IMG/VR virus record: IMGVR_UViG_3300027779_000019
Coordinates: 13,680 to 77,679 of that record
Length of the DNA: 64,000 nucleotides
Reading direction: 5' to 3' (one strand)
Origin: a virus
A program made the position numbers and the translations under genes. The notes under the pieces were generated by a model that saw only the letters and a list, made by a program, of their open reading frames with translations, was not told the DNA's origin and made no database searches. Positions 9,609-18,714 of this stretch are shown piece after piece (the first letter of the stretch is position 1; each line of letters begins with the position of its first letter).

Positions 9609-9672
9609 CCAAGCGGTAAGGCAGGAGATTGCAAATCTCTTATCGTCGGTTCGATTCCGACCTCCGCGTCCA
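9599..9672 (+). tRNA. tRNA-Cys(GCA)
   Basis: acceptor stem CGCGGAG/CTCCGCG, anticodon arm GGAGA-TTGCAAA-TCTCT, GGTTCGATTCC T-arm, U discriminator and encoded CCA. Confidence 0.93.
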
Positions 9673-9721
9673 TATTTAGTGCTTGACTTTTGAGTAAAGA
9701 TGTGATACCATATTTGAAGTT

Positions 9722-10276
9722 ATGAGGGAAAGAGAAGAGCCAAAAGGATTTATTAGCTGGGCAGACGCAGGGCCGCGTAAGGTTGTCGACGGATGTGAGG
9801 TAGCGCCGGATCGCGTGAAGGTTTACTTCAATCTTCAAAAAGACTGCCTTTCGGTAATTGATGCGGAGACTGGACTGCTATACTGTCATGCTCATCGGGT
9901 TGAGTTGCGTAATGCCAAGTTTCGGGTACAGCCAGCAGGTCGGGAGCGAGTCATTCGGGAGAAGCGTAAGAACGTCCACGCTTACATTATCGGTGACTGC
10001 CATGACATTGGTGACGTTTCCAAGGAACGTTTTCGCTTGGTTGATAATGAGTTGTTCGAGAAGTACAGCATCTGTGATTGCGGTGACAAACCATACGACT
10101 ACTGTGAGGAGTGCGTACCGGAATCAAGTGATGAGTTTCGCGGAGGGTGTTACAATCCTTATAAGTATAAGACTTTCGTAGACGATGTAGAGAAGACGCC
10201 GATCCTCAAGTCAGACAGGGTGATCGTCAGAGACAAGACGGCGATAGGGTCACATTATAATATATTTTATGTTTGA
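9722..10276 (+). CDS. conserved phage protein
   Basis: VY.NL...C.SV...F.V...GRERV.REKRKNVHA motif; own promoter at 9683. Confidence 0.7.
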   Translation: MREREEPKGFISWADAGPRKVVDGCEVAPDRVKVYFNLQKDCLSVIDAETGLLYCHAHRVELRNAKFRVQPAGRERVIREKRKNVHAYIIGDCHDIGDVSKERFRLVDNELFEKYSICDCGDKPYDYCEECVPESSDEFRGGCYNPYKYKTFVDDVEKTPILKSDRVIVRDKTAIGSHYNIFYV

Positions 10277-10622
10277 ATTAAACCTATGTTATGAATGCAA
10301 TGAGGTTATAGAGGGTCGATGGGATTCTCAAATCGGATTAGGCATCGAGACGGGCGAGTTGAAAGACACTCCTTATAAACACCTTATCTACGATAAGCAT
10401 ATCAAATGCTCTCCTAGTAGAGCGCAGAGGATCGTTCATAAGAAGTTTTCTCCCGTTATAGACGAGAGGTCGCAGTACGATTGGAGGCCGGAAGCAGACA
10501 ATACTTGGACGGACGAGATGAGAGAGAAGTACGAAAAGCTTTATACTGAAGCGTGGGTTAGTCTTCAGTTGAAATTTAACCCTACATGGAGAAACAATTA
10601 TGCAAAACACTGTAAAAACTGA
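10269..10622 (+). CDS. hypothetical protein
   Basis: overlaps its neighbours in operon-like fashion. Confidence 0.55.
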   Translation: MFELNLCYECNEVIEGRWDSQIGLGIETGELKDTPYKHLIYDKHIKCSPSRAQRIVHKKFSPVIDERSQYDWRPEADNTWTDEMREKYEKLYTEAWVSLQLKFNPTWRNNYAKHCKN

Positions 10623-10911
10623 GATCAAACCTTCCAAAGACTGGAATGGGTTTAATTTTGTGTTCTCAAATGGATGGGGACTCTCCATCCAACAGAGCGA
10701 ACATCATTACTGTAAGGTCGGCAAGACGGCAGAGGTCGCTATCTTTGACCCCGAAGGGAATTGGCTCGCTTACGACGAAAAAACCAATTCAGTCGATGTC
10801 TTGCTAAATGCAGATACTCACGTTAATGGGTGGTTGGATGCTGACGCTATTGCTAAGCTTTTTGCTATACTTTCGCAGAAAGAGGTTGACATTATAGCAG
10901 AAGTGTGTTAG
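10600..10911 (+). CDS. hypothetical phage protein
   Basis: F.NGW..SIQ....YC...AEVAI pattern. Confidence 0.6.
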   Translation: MQNTVKTEIKPSKDWNGFNFVFSNGWGLSIQQSEHHYCKVGKTAEVAIFDPEGNWLAYDEKTNSVDVLLNADTHVNGWLDADAIAKLFAILSQKEVDIIAEVC

Positions 10912-10920
10912 ACTACTTAT

Positions 10921-11350
10921 CTTCCGTTAAGGGAGGATGTCATAGTTAAGGTTATTGAAAAGGGAGTCTGGCAGGGCGGACTTAAAAGATTAGGGTAGGA
11001 ATACAATGCTAATCAACCCCTGACACTTTCTAAAAGCTCTTTGAGCTTTTTAATTGTTCTTTGATTTTGAGTTGGCGGAGTTAAATACCCCTGTGTGTTT
11101 GTTCTGACGGTGCAGACACACGCCCGCTTTACTGTTGGTGGTGCGACAGCAACTCATTTAATTTTCTCGCTCGACGGAGTGGGATCGGTGTGACGGAATA
11201 ATCCCTCCCAAAGGGGTAACGTAGCGACTGCGACAAGTACGGAGACCAATCGGTTGAGGAATCTCGTGGGTGAGTCCGAAGTAAGTAGATCTGAAACATT
11301 TGTTTTCTGGGTACTGAAAAGGTGCGGGTACACAAATACTCCCGCCACCA
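10921..11350 (+). ncRNA. candidate large structured RNA
   Basis: promoter TTGACA 10886 / TAGACT 10909, then about 430 nt rich in stems with no credible ORF. Confidence 0.45.
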
Positions 11351-11361
11351 TTTTATTTAAT

Positions 11362-11670
11362 ATGAAGGTAAGTAATTCGGAGATACTGCTTGAGTCAAAG
11401 TTGACCCATGATAAGTTACTAGAGGCATTCAGAGAAAAGAAAGTGAAAACTAAACATTTAAAGCAAAAGGCTGACAAAAAGAAAGCAGCCAAGAAGACTC
11501 GCGCAATTAAGCGAGCAGATGCAGATAAGCTGGATGCGTTGCGCAAAGACTTTACGCGTAAGATAGAATATAGTTTAGGGCACATCGTCCAAACCAATGC
11601 CAAAAACTGTGAAGCGGTATCCTTCTTAAAGAGTAAGATGAAAAAGATACGTCAGGCAATTTCAGAATAG
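11362..11670 (+). CDS. hypothetical basic protein
   Basis: ATG 11362 in the frame of track ORF 11254..11670. Confidence 0.55.
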   Translation: MKVSNSEILLESKLTHDKLLEAFREKKVKTKHLKQKADKKKAAKKTRAIKRADADKLDALRKDFTRKIEYSLGHIVQTNAKNCEAVSFLKSKMKKIRQAISE

Positions 11671-11862
11671 TATTATACTTTATGAGGCAAGAAACAAAAG
11701 AACAGCGTTGGGCCACAGACTACAAAAAGAAAATGGCAAAGATGAGCAAAAGCGTAGACCCAAAAGTGTGGGACTATATTTACGGCTCCAAATAATCCTC
11801 CTAGAGCTATTATAGTTCGCCTCCTTTCTGCGCACGAGTAGGAAGGGGGTTTTTTTTGCGCC

Positions 11863-11940
11863 CTAAAGTACTGACAGTTAAGCACTTACGGGGCGGCGGC
11901 TGCGGGCGGCGGCGTAAGTCCTTGGTACTCAGTGACTTAC
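11863..11940. repeat. double-palindrome element 2
   Basis: boxes 11863-11889 and 11914-11940; follows a terminator at about 11819-11858. Confidence 0.9.
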
Positions 11941-12002
11941 GTACGTAAAGTTTTATTCTTTTTTTGCTTGACTTTTTAGGTAAAGTGTGGCATAATACTC
12001 TC

Positions 12003-12194
12003 ATGGAAATTGAGAACGTTAAGGAGTGTGTCGAGAGCGCAATGTCGGACTTCTTTTTTGGTGAAGGCTATATTGACGGCGGCGTTGCTTACGCTATTTG
12101 CACTAGGGAAGATATGAACGGCAGGAGCCAGATGACAGAACTTCAGGAAACTATAACTGAAAGAATTATTAACTTTAACAAAGAAAAGGATTGA
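12003..12194 (+). CDS. hypothetical protein (leaderless)
   Basis: ATG 6 nt after the CATAAT of promoter 11968. Confidence 0.6.
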   Translation: MEIENVKECVESAMSDFFFGEGYIDGGVAYAICTREDMNGRSQMTELQETITERIINFNKEKD

Positions 12195-12270
12195 CATTTA
12201 AGCAAAAGTATGATAGACTATATTCTTTGAGTGAGAGAACTATATAACAAAAAACTAAACTAAAAAACAT

Positions 12271-13173
12271 ATGGCAAGAACAACTAGACCCACATCAGAC
12301 AACTACTCCTTCGGCGTACAGCACACGGCCCTCAAAGCCTCTGACGGTACACCTTCGGGATGGTTTGGAATACAGCGCACCGACAACAACAAAGTTATAG
12401 GTGTTAGCTCGGAAAAGTACGGTATCGTCAAAAACGATGACGTTATAGGAGCCGTCAAGGAGGCGTTAGGAGAGCATCAATCGACTCTTGGAGAATACGA
12501 GGAGGAAATCAGCTGCGTGCGTGATGGTTCGCGTATGTACGGAGGTTTTACCTTTAAGGACTACAAACGTGACCACAAGGACGGTGGTCAGTACGAAAAA
12601 GGCGATTACATGGGAATGAAGTTGACGGTCAATAACTCCTATGACCGCACTTGTCGGGTGTCTCTATCGGTTGGAATGCTTCGCTTGGTTTGCACCAACG
12701 GCATGACCTCGCTAGAGCAGGAACAGTCTATGACTCGCAAGCATTCTCTGCAAGTGGACATTTCTTTCATTCGTGACGCAATCTCTGGCTGCATTGAAAA
12801 GTTCGAGTCATCGGTTGACCATCTTGGTAGACTGTCAAAGGTTTCCTTGACACAAGACCAAGGCACGAACATATTGAAGAACCTTACCGATAAGAAGATT
12901 ATATCGGAAGTCGTTCGCGCTGGTGTCGCTAGTATTTGGGCGAATCCATCCTACGATCAGGACAAACCTCGAAACTTGTATACCTTGTATAACGCATCGA
13001 CGCAGTACCTCACGCATGATCCCAACCCTTCTGCTCGGCTTGAGTATTCCAGCAGGGTGGACAAGGTGTTGCTGGGCAAGTTCAGCGAAATGAGTTCGAT
13101 CCCCAGCAAGTTCAACCTGTTATCGGCCAAGCCGAAAGAAAAGAAGCAGGAACAAATTGTCGTTGCTGTCTAA
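12271..13173 (+). CDS. DUF932-family phage/plasmid protein
   Basis: R.D...V.GV.S.KY..V.N, NSYD and R.VCTNG motifs. Confidence 0.8.
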   Translation: MARTTRPTSDNYSFGVQHTALKASDGTPSGWFGIQRTDNNKVIGVSSEKYGIVKNDDVIGAVKEALGEHQSTLGEYEEEISCVRDGSRMYGGFTFKDYKRDHKDGGQYEKGDYMGMKLTVNNSYDRTCRVSLSVGMLRLVCTNGMTSLEQEQSMTRKHSLQVDISFIRDAISGCIEKFESSVDHLGRLSKVSLTQDQGTNILKNLTDKKIISEVVRAGVASIWANPSYDQDKPRNLYTLYNASTQYLTHDPNPSARLEYSSRVDKVLLGKFSEMSSIPSKFNLLSAKPKEKKQEQIVVAV

Positions 13174-13256
13174 CCCAGCAATGCCTCACGCCCCGTCGAA
13201 GGCTTAATCTTTCTCCTTCGGCGGGGTCACTTTAATATATAAAAAATAAAATATAA

Positions 13257-13508
13257 ATGAGCAAATATATAAATTCCCCAAAACGAAAATATTCCGTAAC
13301 ACACTTTGACATGAAGGCAAGGGGCAGCTTCGCCCTTGGAGATAAGCAGCTCCAAGGCCCCATCGAAATAGAGAGGGTACAAATAGCATGGCAACCCGAC
13401 GAGCAAACGAGCCACGCGCTATTATTTGAAAATCCCAATCATATAAATTTGATTCCGCTGATATTAGAAGAGGCGGGGTACGAGCTATCAGAAGATTCCG
13501 TGTTCTAA
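13257..13508 (+). CDS. hypothetical protein
   Basis: 83-aa ATG ORF whose stop lies within element 3. Confidence 0.5.
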   Translation: MSKYINSPKRKYSVTHFDMKARGSFALGDKQLQGPIEIERVQIAWQPDEQTSHALLFENPNHINLIPLILEEAGYELSEDSVF

Positions 13509-13580
13509 GTCGTTGACTATCAGGGACTTACGCGCGCCGGGCTGCCCGCGGCCGTAAACCCTTGGGCATCAATGACTTAA
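13505..13580. repeat. double-palindrome element 3
   Basis: boxes 13505-13531 and 13554-13580; spacer core CGGGCTGCCCG. Confidence 0.9.
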
Positions 13581-13684
13581 GGCCAAGAGAAAATTACAAA
13601 AAAACTATAATAGGATAATCAGAGGGCCTAAAAAGTTATTCTTTTTGCTTGACTATTAGCCGAAGCTGTGCTATACTTTCGGGA

Positions 13685-14329
13685 GTGATTGCAAAAAAGA
13701 AAATGACAATAAAACAGGCTCAAGGGTTGGTCGGTTCGTTATCGACACCATCGAAAATGCCCGGCTTTGGATACAGCACACCGGCAGAAGATTGCGTTAC
13801 AGGCTCAAAACTGGTTCAGGTAGTGAATTCTATTTGTTCGTTTTGCTATGCTAGAAAAGGCCGTTACGTTTTCCCAAACGTAATTGCAGCAATGAAAAAA
13901 CGACTTGCCGCATTGCGTCAATTGAATTGGGTGGACGTGATGACCTTCCTAATTGAAAAAAGGGAAAAGAGTGGCTTTTTTCGCTGGCACGATAGCGGAG
14001 ACGTTCAAGGCGTTTGGCATCTCGAAAAGATCGCAGAAGTTGCAAGGCGATTGCCCAACATTAAATTTTGGCTGCCGACGAGAGAGTATGGCTTTGTGCG
14101 CGAATGGATGAGCTTGGGCATCAAGCCGGACAATCTGACTATCCGCTTGTCGGCTTACATGATGGACGGCGCACCACCAGCCACGTTAGCCAAAAAGCTC
14201 GGCTTGACGACCAGCGGGGTTGTTCGTGACGGATTCAGTTGCCCAGCATCTGACCAAGGCAATGAATGCAAAGAGTGCCGCGCTTGCTGGGACGAGACGG
14301 TGGAAAATATAAACTATAAGAAGCACTAA
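13685..14329 (+). CDS. Gp88-like Cys-rich phage protein
   Basis: SKMPG, C.TG.KL...C..CYA.KGRY, FRWHDSGD, WLPTRE and terminal C..C..CW motifs. Confidence 0.75.
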   Translation: MIAKKKMTIKQAQGLVGSLSTPSKMPGFGYSTPAEDCVTGSKLVQVVNSICSFCYARKGRYVFPNVIAAMKKRLAALRQLNWVDVMTFLIEKREKSGFFRWHDSGDVQGVWHLEKIAEVARRLPNIKFWLPTREYGFVREWMSLGIKPDNLTIRLSAYMMDGAPPATLAKKLGLTTSGVVRDGFSCPASDQGNECKECRACWDETVENINYKKH

Positions 14330-14432
14330 AAGCTTGACTTTATTGGGAATTGTGATATACTCCTTTGTGAATGGAGATGCCATTACTACTGATACTAGCG
14401 GTCATTGTAACCTACCTACAACAAAAAACAGA

Positions 14433-14666
14433 ATGAGAAAACTAATGCAAAAACTAAAGCGGTTAATGAGGCCGCGCTTCACCTTGGTTTACCGTAAAAG
14501 AGACGGTGCGAGTGGAATCTACGAGATTTCCAGACCAAGAACAGACAACACCTTTGGCAACATCGGAGAGGGAGAGGATGAGGTTGGCTTTCGCGCCTAT
14601 TGTTACAATCGCGAAAACTGGCGTTCTTTCCGTCACGATGGAGTCATTTCTATGGTGAAAAATTAG
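14433..14666 (+). CDS. small WYL-like domain protein
   Basis: AYC..R..WRSFR.D motif. Confidence 0.5.
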   Translation: MRKLMQKLKRLMRPRFTLVYRKRDGASGIYEISRPRTDNTFGNIGEGEDEVGFRAYCYNRENWRSFRHDGVISMVKN

Positions 14667-14695
14667 CCTCCGGTTTACCGGAGTACGTCAAGGAA

Positions 14696-14725
14696 AAGCC
14701 CACCGGAAACGGTGGGCTTATTTCT
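14696..14725. terminator. bidirectional terminator at the convergence point
   Basis: AAGCCCACCG-GAAA-CGGTGGGCTT between convergent gene blocks. Confidence 0.75.
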
Positions 14726-14748
14726 TATAATAGATAAGGTCTTATTTT

Positions 14749-15162
14749 TTAGTTATCCGGCCGGTTGGCTTCCATGTCGTGAGCAGAGGCAACACGGTAG
14801 CCAATCTCGCTTCTTGGGGGAAGCAGAGAGAACGAAGCGTTATAGTCAATTGACTCCCAAGCCTCTTGGGCAAGTTTCGCAACGTGTGGGTATACGCCGC
14901 CTCTAATGCCTTTGAAGGCGTCACAGCTTTCATTTAGCACACGCATCAACGTGCGGGAAAAGACGGCTTGTTTCAATCGCTTGGAAGTAGACCAAAACCA
15001 AAAGAAGTTTTCGCCAATCCAATTTGGTTCATCGCAAGCGGCCGCGCCGTGATTATGCCAACCAAAAAACTCATACTTTAGAGCTTGATTGTCGCCGTTG
15101 CCCATTATACCAACGGCCCAACTAGAGCCGTTACGCTGCACAATAATATTACTGTTTTGCAT
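14749..15162 (-). CDS. hypothetical protein
   Basis: 137-aa ATG ORF overlapping the ArfA-like ORF. Confidence 0.6.
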   Translation of the reverse strand: MQNSNIIVQRNGSSWAVGIMGNGDNQALKYEFFGWHNHGAAACDEPNWIGENFFWFWSTSKRLKQAVFSRTLMRVLNESCDAFKGIRGGVYPHVAKLAQEAWESIDYNASFSLLPPRSEIGYRVASAHDMEANRPDN

Positions 15163-15274
15163 TTTTCTTTTTCCTTGAATAAGAGCCTTTGCCCTTCTCG
15201 GTTTTATGTGTTCGTGTTCCCGTATTAAAAGGAACCACCTTTCTAGGTTTAGAAATTTTCTTCTTCTCTCTCAT
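15149..15274 (-). CDS. ArfA-like ribosome-rescue peptide (41 aa)
   Basis: MREKKKISKPRKVVPFNTGTRTHKTEKGKGSYSRKKKNAKQ contains the KGKGSY.RK ArfA signature; leaderless behind promoter TTGACA 15309. Confidence 0.7.
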   Translation of the reverse strand: MREKKKISKPRKVVPFNTGTRTHKTEKGKGSYSRKKKNAKQ

Positions 15275-15418
15275 GCGTTTATAGTCTCATAATTTCGGGC
15301 AAATGTCAAGGTAAATATACAACTATTTCAAATATGTAAACACCTAAAAACGAAATAGGTTAAGAGCAAATAACTCAAATATATAAAAAAACTATAAAAG
15401 TATATTTTTTCCACAGTT

Positions 15419-15495
15419 GTAAGTCATTGACTATCAACGACTTACGTCCGGCGGGCTGCCCCCAGCCCGTAACCCATTAGTACTCAAAGGGTTAC
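15419..15495. repeat. double-palindrome element 4
   Basis: boxes 15419-15445 and 15469-15495. Confidence 0.92.
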
Positions 15496-15499
15496 ACCT

Positions 15500-15685
15500 T
15501 TAAAGTCCGCACTTATAGCAGGGCAAATACCCCGCAAATGGATCTACCCCATTCGCTTCGCCGCCCCAGCCTCCGCATTGTGGGCAATTCTCTTGCGTGT
15601 CCCGTTCTTTAAGTTCTTCCTCTTTGAACTCAGGATCTTTGCCCCTATAGGGCTTGGTGTGTCTGTGCTCTTGCTTCATGTCCAT
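15500..15685 (-). CDS. small CxxC protein
   Basis: CPQCGGWG and CYKCG pairs. Confidence 0.5.
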   Translation of the reverse strand: MDMKQEHRHTKPYRGKDPEFKEEELKERDTQENCPQCGGWGGEANGVDPFAGYLPCYKCGL

Positions 15686-15885
15686 TGCTTGCGGTCGGTT
15701 TCCTCTTCGTAGCCTGCGTGGTAGGCGTCCAGATCAGCCTTCGTCATGTCTTCCACCTTGACGCGGGGGGCATTACCGGTACCGTTCGGGTAGTAGTGGG
15801 CATCGCTGCCCCTGCCATAGTAGCGGTCAGCAGATCCCCGATCATAGGGGCTGCCGTGTTTCGTATCGTATTTTTCTGTTCGCAT
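15676..15885 (-). CDS. conserved phage protein
   Basis: HGSPYDRGSAD.YYGR...HYYP..AY.AGY motif. Confidence 0.7.
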   Translation of the reverse strand: MRTEKYDTKHGSPYDRGSADRYYGRGSDAHYYPNGTGNAPRVKVEDMTKADLDAYHAGYEEETDRKQWT

Positions 15886-15908
15886 AATTATATAAAAGGG
15901 GTTACCGG

Positions 15909-16202
15909 TCACAGCATCTCACAGCCTCCGCCGTAATCCTCATCCGTGCCCCAGCCCGCACTAGCGAGCGCATCCCCGTCCGCTTCCGCGTCCGAGTTGA
16001 AACCGTCCCAATCCTCGCCTGCGGCGTCATCGATAGACCACACCACCTCGCGAGAATTGTCGGTATGATGCTCGATAACGTCCTCGCCCACCTGATCGGC
16101 CAACCTAATGGCCGCGTTCAATGCTGTGTGATCGGCATCACCCACGTTCTGCGTGAAACTCTGCACTACACCCTCTCCATCAACAACTGAGTATTTCCTC
16201 AT
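15909..16202 (-). CDS. acidic phage protein
   Basis: DGDALASAGWGTDEDYG C-terminal motif; own promoter at 16240. Confidence 0.65.
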   Translation of the reverse strand: MRKYSVVDGEGVVQSFTQNVGDADHTALNAAIRLADQVGEDVIEHHTDNSREVVWSIDDAAGEDWDGFNSDAEADGDALASAGWGTDEDYGGGCEML

Positions 16203-16338
16203 AACAGAAAACAGTATACCACAAAATGGAGAAATGTCAATCAATAATGTCACTTTTTTAAAAAAGATATTTTAACTATTTATCGTACTTGGCATGAAAA
16301 CCCTCCTAAGGTATCGCTTTTTAGGGTAGTTGGGGTGC

Positions 16339-16415
16339 GTAAGTTACTGATTACCAAAGACTTACATTTTCGCGGGCAGCCCGCGGCCGTAAACTACTGG
16401 TAATCAAAGAGTTAG
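16339..16415. repeat. double-palindrome element 5
   Basis: boxes 16339-16365 and 16389-16415; spacer core CGGGCAGCCCG. Confidence 0.9.
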
Positions 16416-16628
16416 CCCCCCCAAGGACAAGTGAGTGAAACCTTGGGAGGGCTTGAGGAAGGTAGCCGGAGAGATGACGGCTACCAAAGTCAGCGGCAAT
16501 TATAGATTTTCTTTAGTTTTCTATTTCTTTTTAATCGCGCTTGAGTTATAAGTTCGTCGATCCTTTCGTCAACTAAACTAAAGGCAAGGATAGATTTTCC
16601 GCTTCGATTTTTTAGGTTGATCTTCATT

Positions 16629-16820
16629 TTATTGTTTTACTATTTTTATAGCTTTCGCGCACCAGCCATCATAATCGCTTTCGGTTGCGGTGACTTTGCC
16701 TTCCCAAGTTGCGCCTCGAACCTCAGCAAGCCATGACGGAGTTGGTAGAATCGCTGTATCGCCTACGCTTGCCTGTTCGTCGGTTTCGTATGTATAGTTA
16801 TTGTTTATTTTTATTTTCAT
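16629..16820 (-). CDS. hypothetical protein
   Basis: 63-aa ORF coupled to the upstream gene. Confidence 0.55.
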   Translation of the reverse strand: MKIKINNNYTYETDEQASVGDTAILPTPSWLAEVRGATWEGKVTATESDYDGWCAKAIKIVKQ

Positions 16821-17089
16821 GTAGAGTAGATTTCGCGGGGTGTCTCAAGGATTGCTTTATCAAACCAGCTTTGCGGCTGCACTTCGCATTTGACACCTTC
16901 TAGCCACCTGTTTAAATGTCGTGATGTTGTTTTGCTAAACTTTTCTTCTGTCTTATAATACTTCACGCCAACCTTGGCGGCTACGGGCGTACCGTAAGAG
17001 AAGAAAACAGTAGTACGTTTTGTCTCATCGACAAGCCTTTTGTTGAAGTGGACTTCCGTCTCGTTAGTGCTTATGTTTTTTATATACAT
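16817..17089 (-). CDS. conserved phage protein
   Basis: FSY.TPVAA...S.TTSRH.N.WL motif. Confidence 0.65.
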   Translation of the reverse strand: MYIKNISTNETEVHFNKRLVDETKRTTVFFSYGTPVAAKVGVKYYKTEEKFSKTTSRHLNRWLEGVKCEVQPQSWFDKAILETPREIYST

Positions 17090-17091
17090 GA

Positions 17092-17400
17092 TTAGAAATC
17101 TGGATCGCTTGTATGCTTGTAGTTTTTAAAAAATTCCGCTCTGGCTTGTTTCCTTAATTCTTTAAAGTAGCCATCAATCGACAAGGCAACCTCGTCCCGA
17201 GCATCACCGCTCCAAGGCATGTTTTCAATGTCACCAACAACAATGTCAACAACCTCCTTTATTGGCTGACCCCATGGGTTATCGGTATCTTTCACGAGCA
17301 GCTCCCTAACGCTCAGGTGTTCGCCCATTGGCTTGCTGCGGAAGTCGTTGCTAGCTATTTCCCAAACCTTATCTATTGCTTTTTTTATGTTAGAGTCCAT
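17092..17400 (-). CDS. hypothetical protein
   Basis: ATG 17400 overlaps the hydrolase stop (TAATG). Confidence 0.55.
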   Translation of the reverse strand: MDSNIKKAIDKVWEIASNDFRSKPMGEHLSVRELLVKDTDNPWGQPIKEVVDIVVGDIENMPWSGDARDEVALSIDGYFKELRKQARAEFFKNYKHTSDPDF

Positions 17401-17855
17401 TATAGTTTGTAAAAAACGTGTTGCCCGATAACCTTGACGGGCTTTTGACCTTTTGCCCAGTAAGGTTTCTTTTTCATCCAAGTCGCGTGGTAATGATTAG
17501 CGAAGCCAACAAAGTCACGACTTAAAAGTTTGATGTTTTTAGCCAATGCCAGCGCGTACTTCGCTTGCGGAACCTTCAACAAGTGTTCAAGATTCTTTAA
17601 CTTTTTACCGTTCCAACAACTAAATTGGTAGGGCTTGAGACAGATTTCGGTTGCTGTTCTCTTTCTCTCGAATGCGCGTTGAGCAATGACAGCAGCCACC
17701 GCGTACATTCCTCCCTGTCCTTCGCCACGGGCTTCTGCCAATATAGTGATAGCAATGATTTTGGTTTCTCTGGTGAGTTTTGCATTTGTGTGAGTGTGCG
17801 CGTAAACAGTAAGAGCAAAGGCGGCGACTAGTATAGTTGTTATTATTTTTTTCAT
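17400..17855 (-). CDS. SleB-like cell wall hydrolase (Hydrolase_2)
   Basis: signal peptide, EARGE..GM.AVA.VI, QFSCWN, HYHA, PYWA and IG.H.FY motifs. Confidence 0.88.
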   Translation of the reverse strand: MKKIITTILVAAFALTVYAHTHTNAKLTRETKIIAITILAEARGEGQGGMYAVAAVIAQRAFERKRTATEICLKPYQFSCWNGKKLKNLEHLLKVPQAKYALALAKNIKLLSRDFVGFANHYHATWMKKKPYWAKGQKPVKVIGQHVFYKL

Positions 17856-17856
17856 T

Positions 17857-18099
17857 TTAAGCTAAAAGGGTGACAGTTGCGTTAGAGTTAAGAGCGTGGA
17901 CAGTCGGTTCTTTTGGTTCGTCATCGAATCCGCAATGATTGCCAAGCGCGTGTTTTATTATAGCCCAAAGACTTGGGACTGGCCCGAACTGCTCAAGTGT
18001 TTTGTCGCCTCGCTTAACGGTAAGAGTCCAAGCGACTTTGCCGCTTTCTTCGCATTCGAAGATGTCTACTGTTTTTGTCGGATGGTTTATATCTCTCAT
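17857..18099 (-). CDS. hypothetical protein (MRD-start family)
   Basis: promoter TTGACT 18138; predicted mRNA start AGTTATGAGAGAT. Confidence 0.6.
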   Translation of the reverse strand: MRDINHPTKTVDIFECEESGKVAWTLTVKRGDKTLEQFGPVPSLWAIIKHALGNHCGFDDEPKEPTVHALNSNATVTLLA

Positions 18100-18134
18100 A
18101 ACTTGTAATATCGTATCAGATTTTAGGGCAAAAG

Positions 18135-18431
18135 TCAAGCACTATCTTTGCAAATTTCACATTCGCATTCTTGTGCTTTTATAGCTTCTTCGTTCCAGTC
18201 ATCGCAAAATGTGGTAAGTTCCTTAACTTCCTTTTTCGTTTTCAGTCCACGCTTGAATTGTTCCCAAGTGGGGCGTTGCGCTTCGGGAATTGCTTCCCAG
18301 CCTTTCATCAATTCGGCACGACGAGCCTGTTCCTCCGCCAACCACGGCAGAACGCTATTTGCTGACATATCGCCACCCTTTTCCGCTCTCCTGCGGATTC
18401 CTTCTGTTATTGCTCTTGAATTATCTCTCAT
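18135..18431 (-). CDS. hypothetical protein (MRD-start family)
   Basis: promoter TTGCTA/TATACT; predicted mRNA start AGTTATGAGAGAT. Confidence 0.6.
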   Translation of the reverse strand: MRDNSRAITEGIRRRAEKGGDMSANSVLPWLAEEQARRAELMKGWEAIPEAQRPTWEQFKRGLKTKKEVKELTTFCDDWNEEAIKAQECECEICKDSA

Positions 18432-18486
18432 AACTGGGAATAGTATAACACAATCTCGCAAAATAGCAAGCTTTAATGTCACTTTT

Positions 18487-18714
18487 TTAAGCCTCGATTC
18501 CCGCTTTGTCTTCGATCCATTCGAGATCTTCGCTATTCTCGATTTCGGTTAGCCTGTTCTGGACGTCGGCGAGTTTCTCTTCCCAATGCTCTATGCGGAT
18601 TTGAATCGCTTCCTTCCCAATGAGGTTAGTCTGCGCTAATATTTGCAACGCTCCACGCACTTCGGCGATAGCAATGCCTTCGTTCCTCAAACTCTTCTGT
18701 GTCGTATCTCTCAT
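18487..18714 (-). CDS. hypothetical protein (MRD-start family)
   Basis: promoter TTGACT 18752; predicted mRNA start AGTTATGAGAGAT. Confidence 0.6.
   Translation of the reverse strand: MRDTTQKSLRNEGIAIAEVRGALQILAQTNLIGKEAIQIRIEHWEEKLADVQNRLTEIENSEDLEWIEDKAGIEA

Noticed and set aside
11320-11350. CCACCA end suggesting tmRNA or a tRNA
   Set aside because: No GTTCRA T-loop and no matching GGGG acceptor 5' strand was found.
16289-16304. Third sigma54-like site TTGGCATG near element 5
   Set aside because: It lacks the GC at -12 and has no mirror partner.
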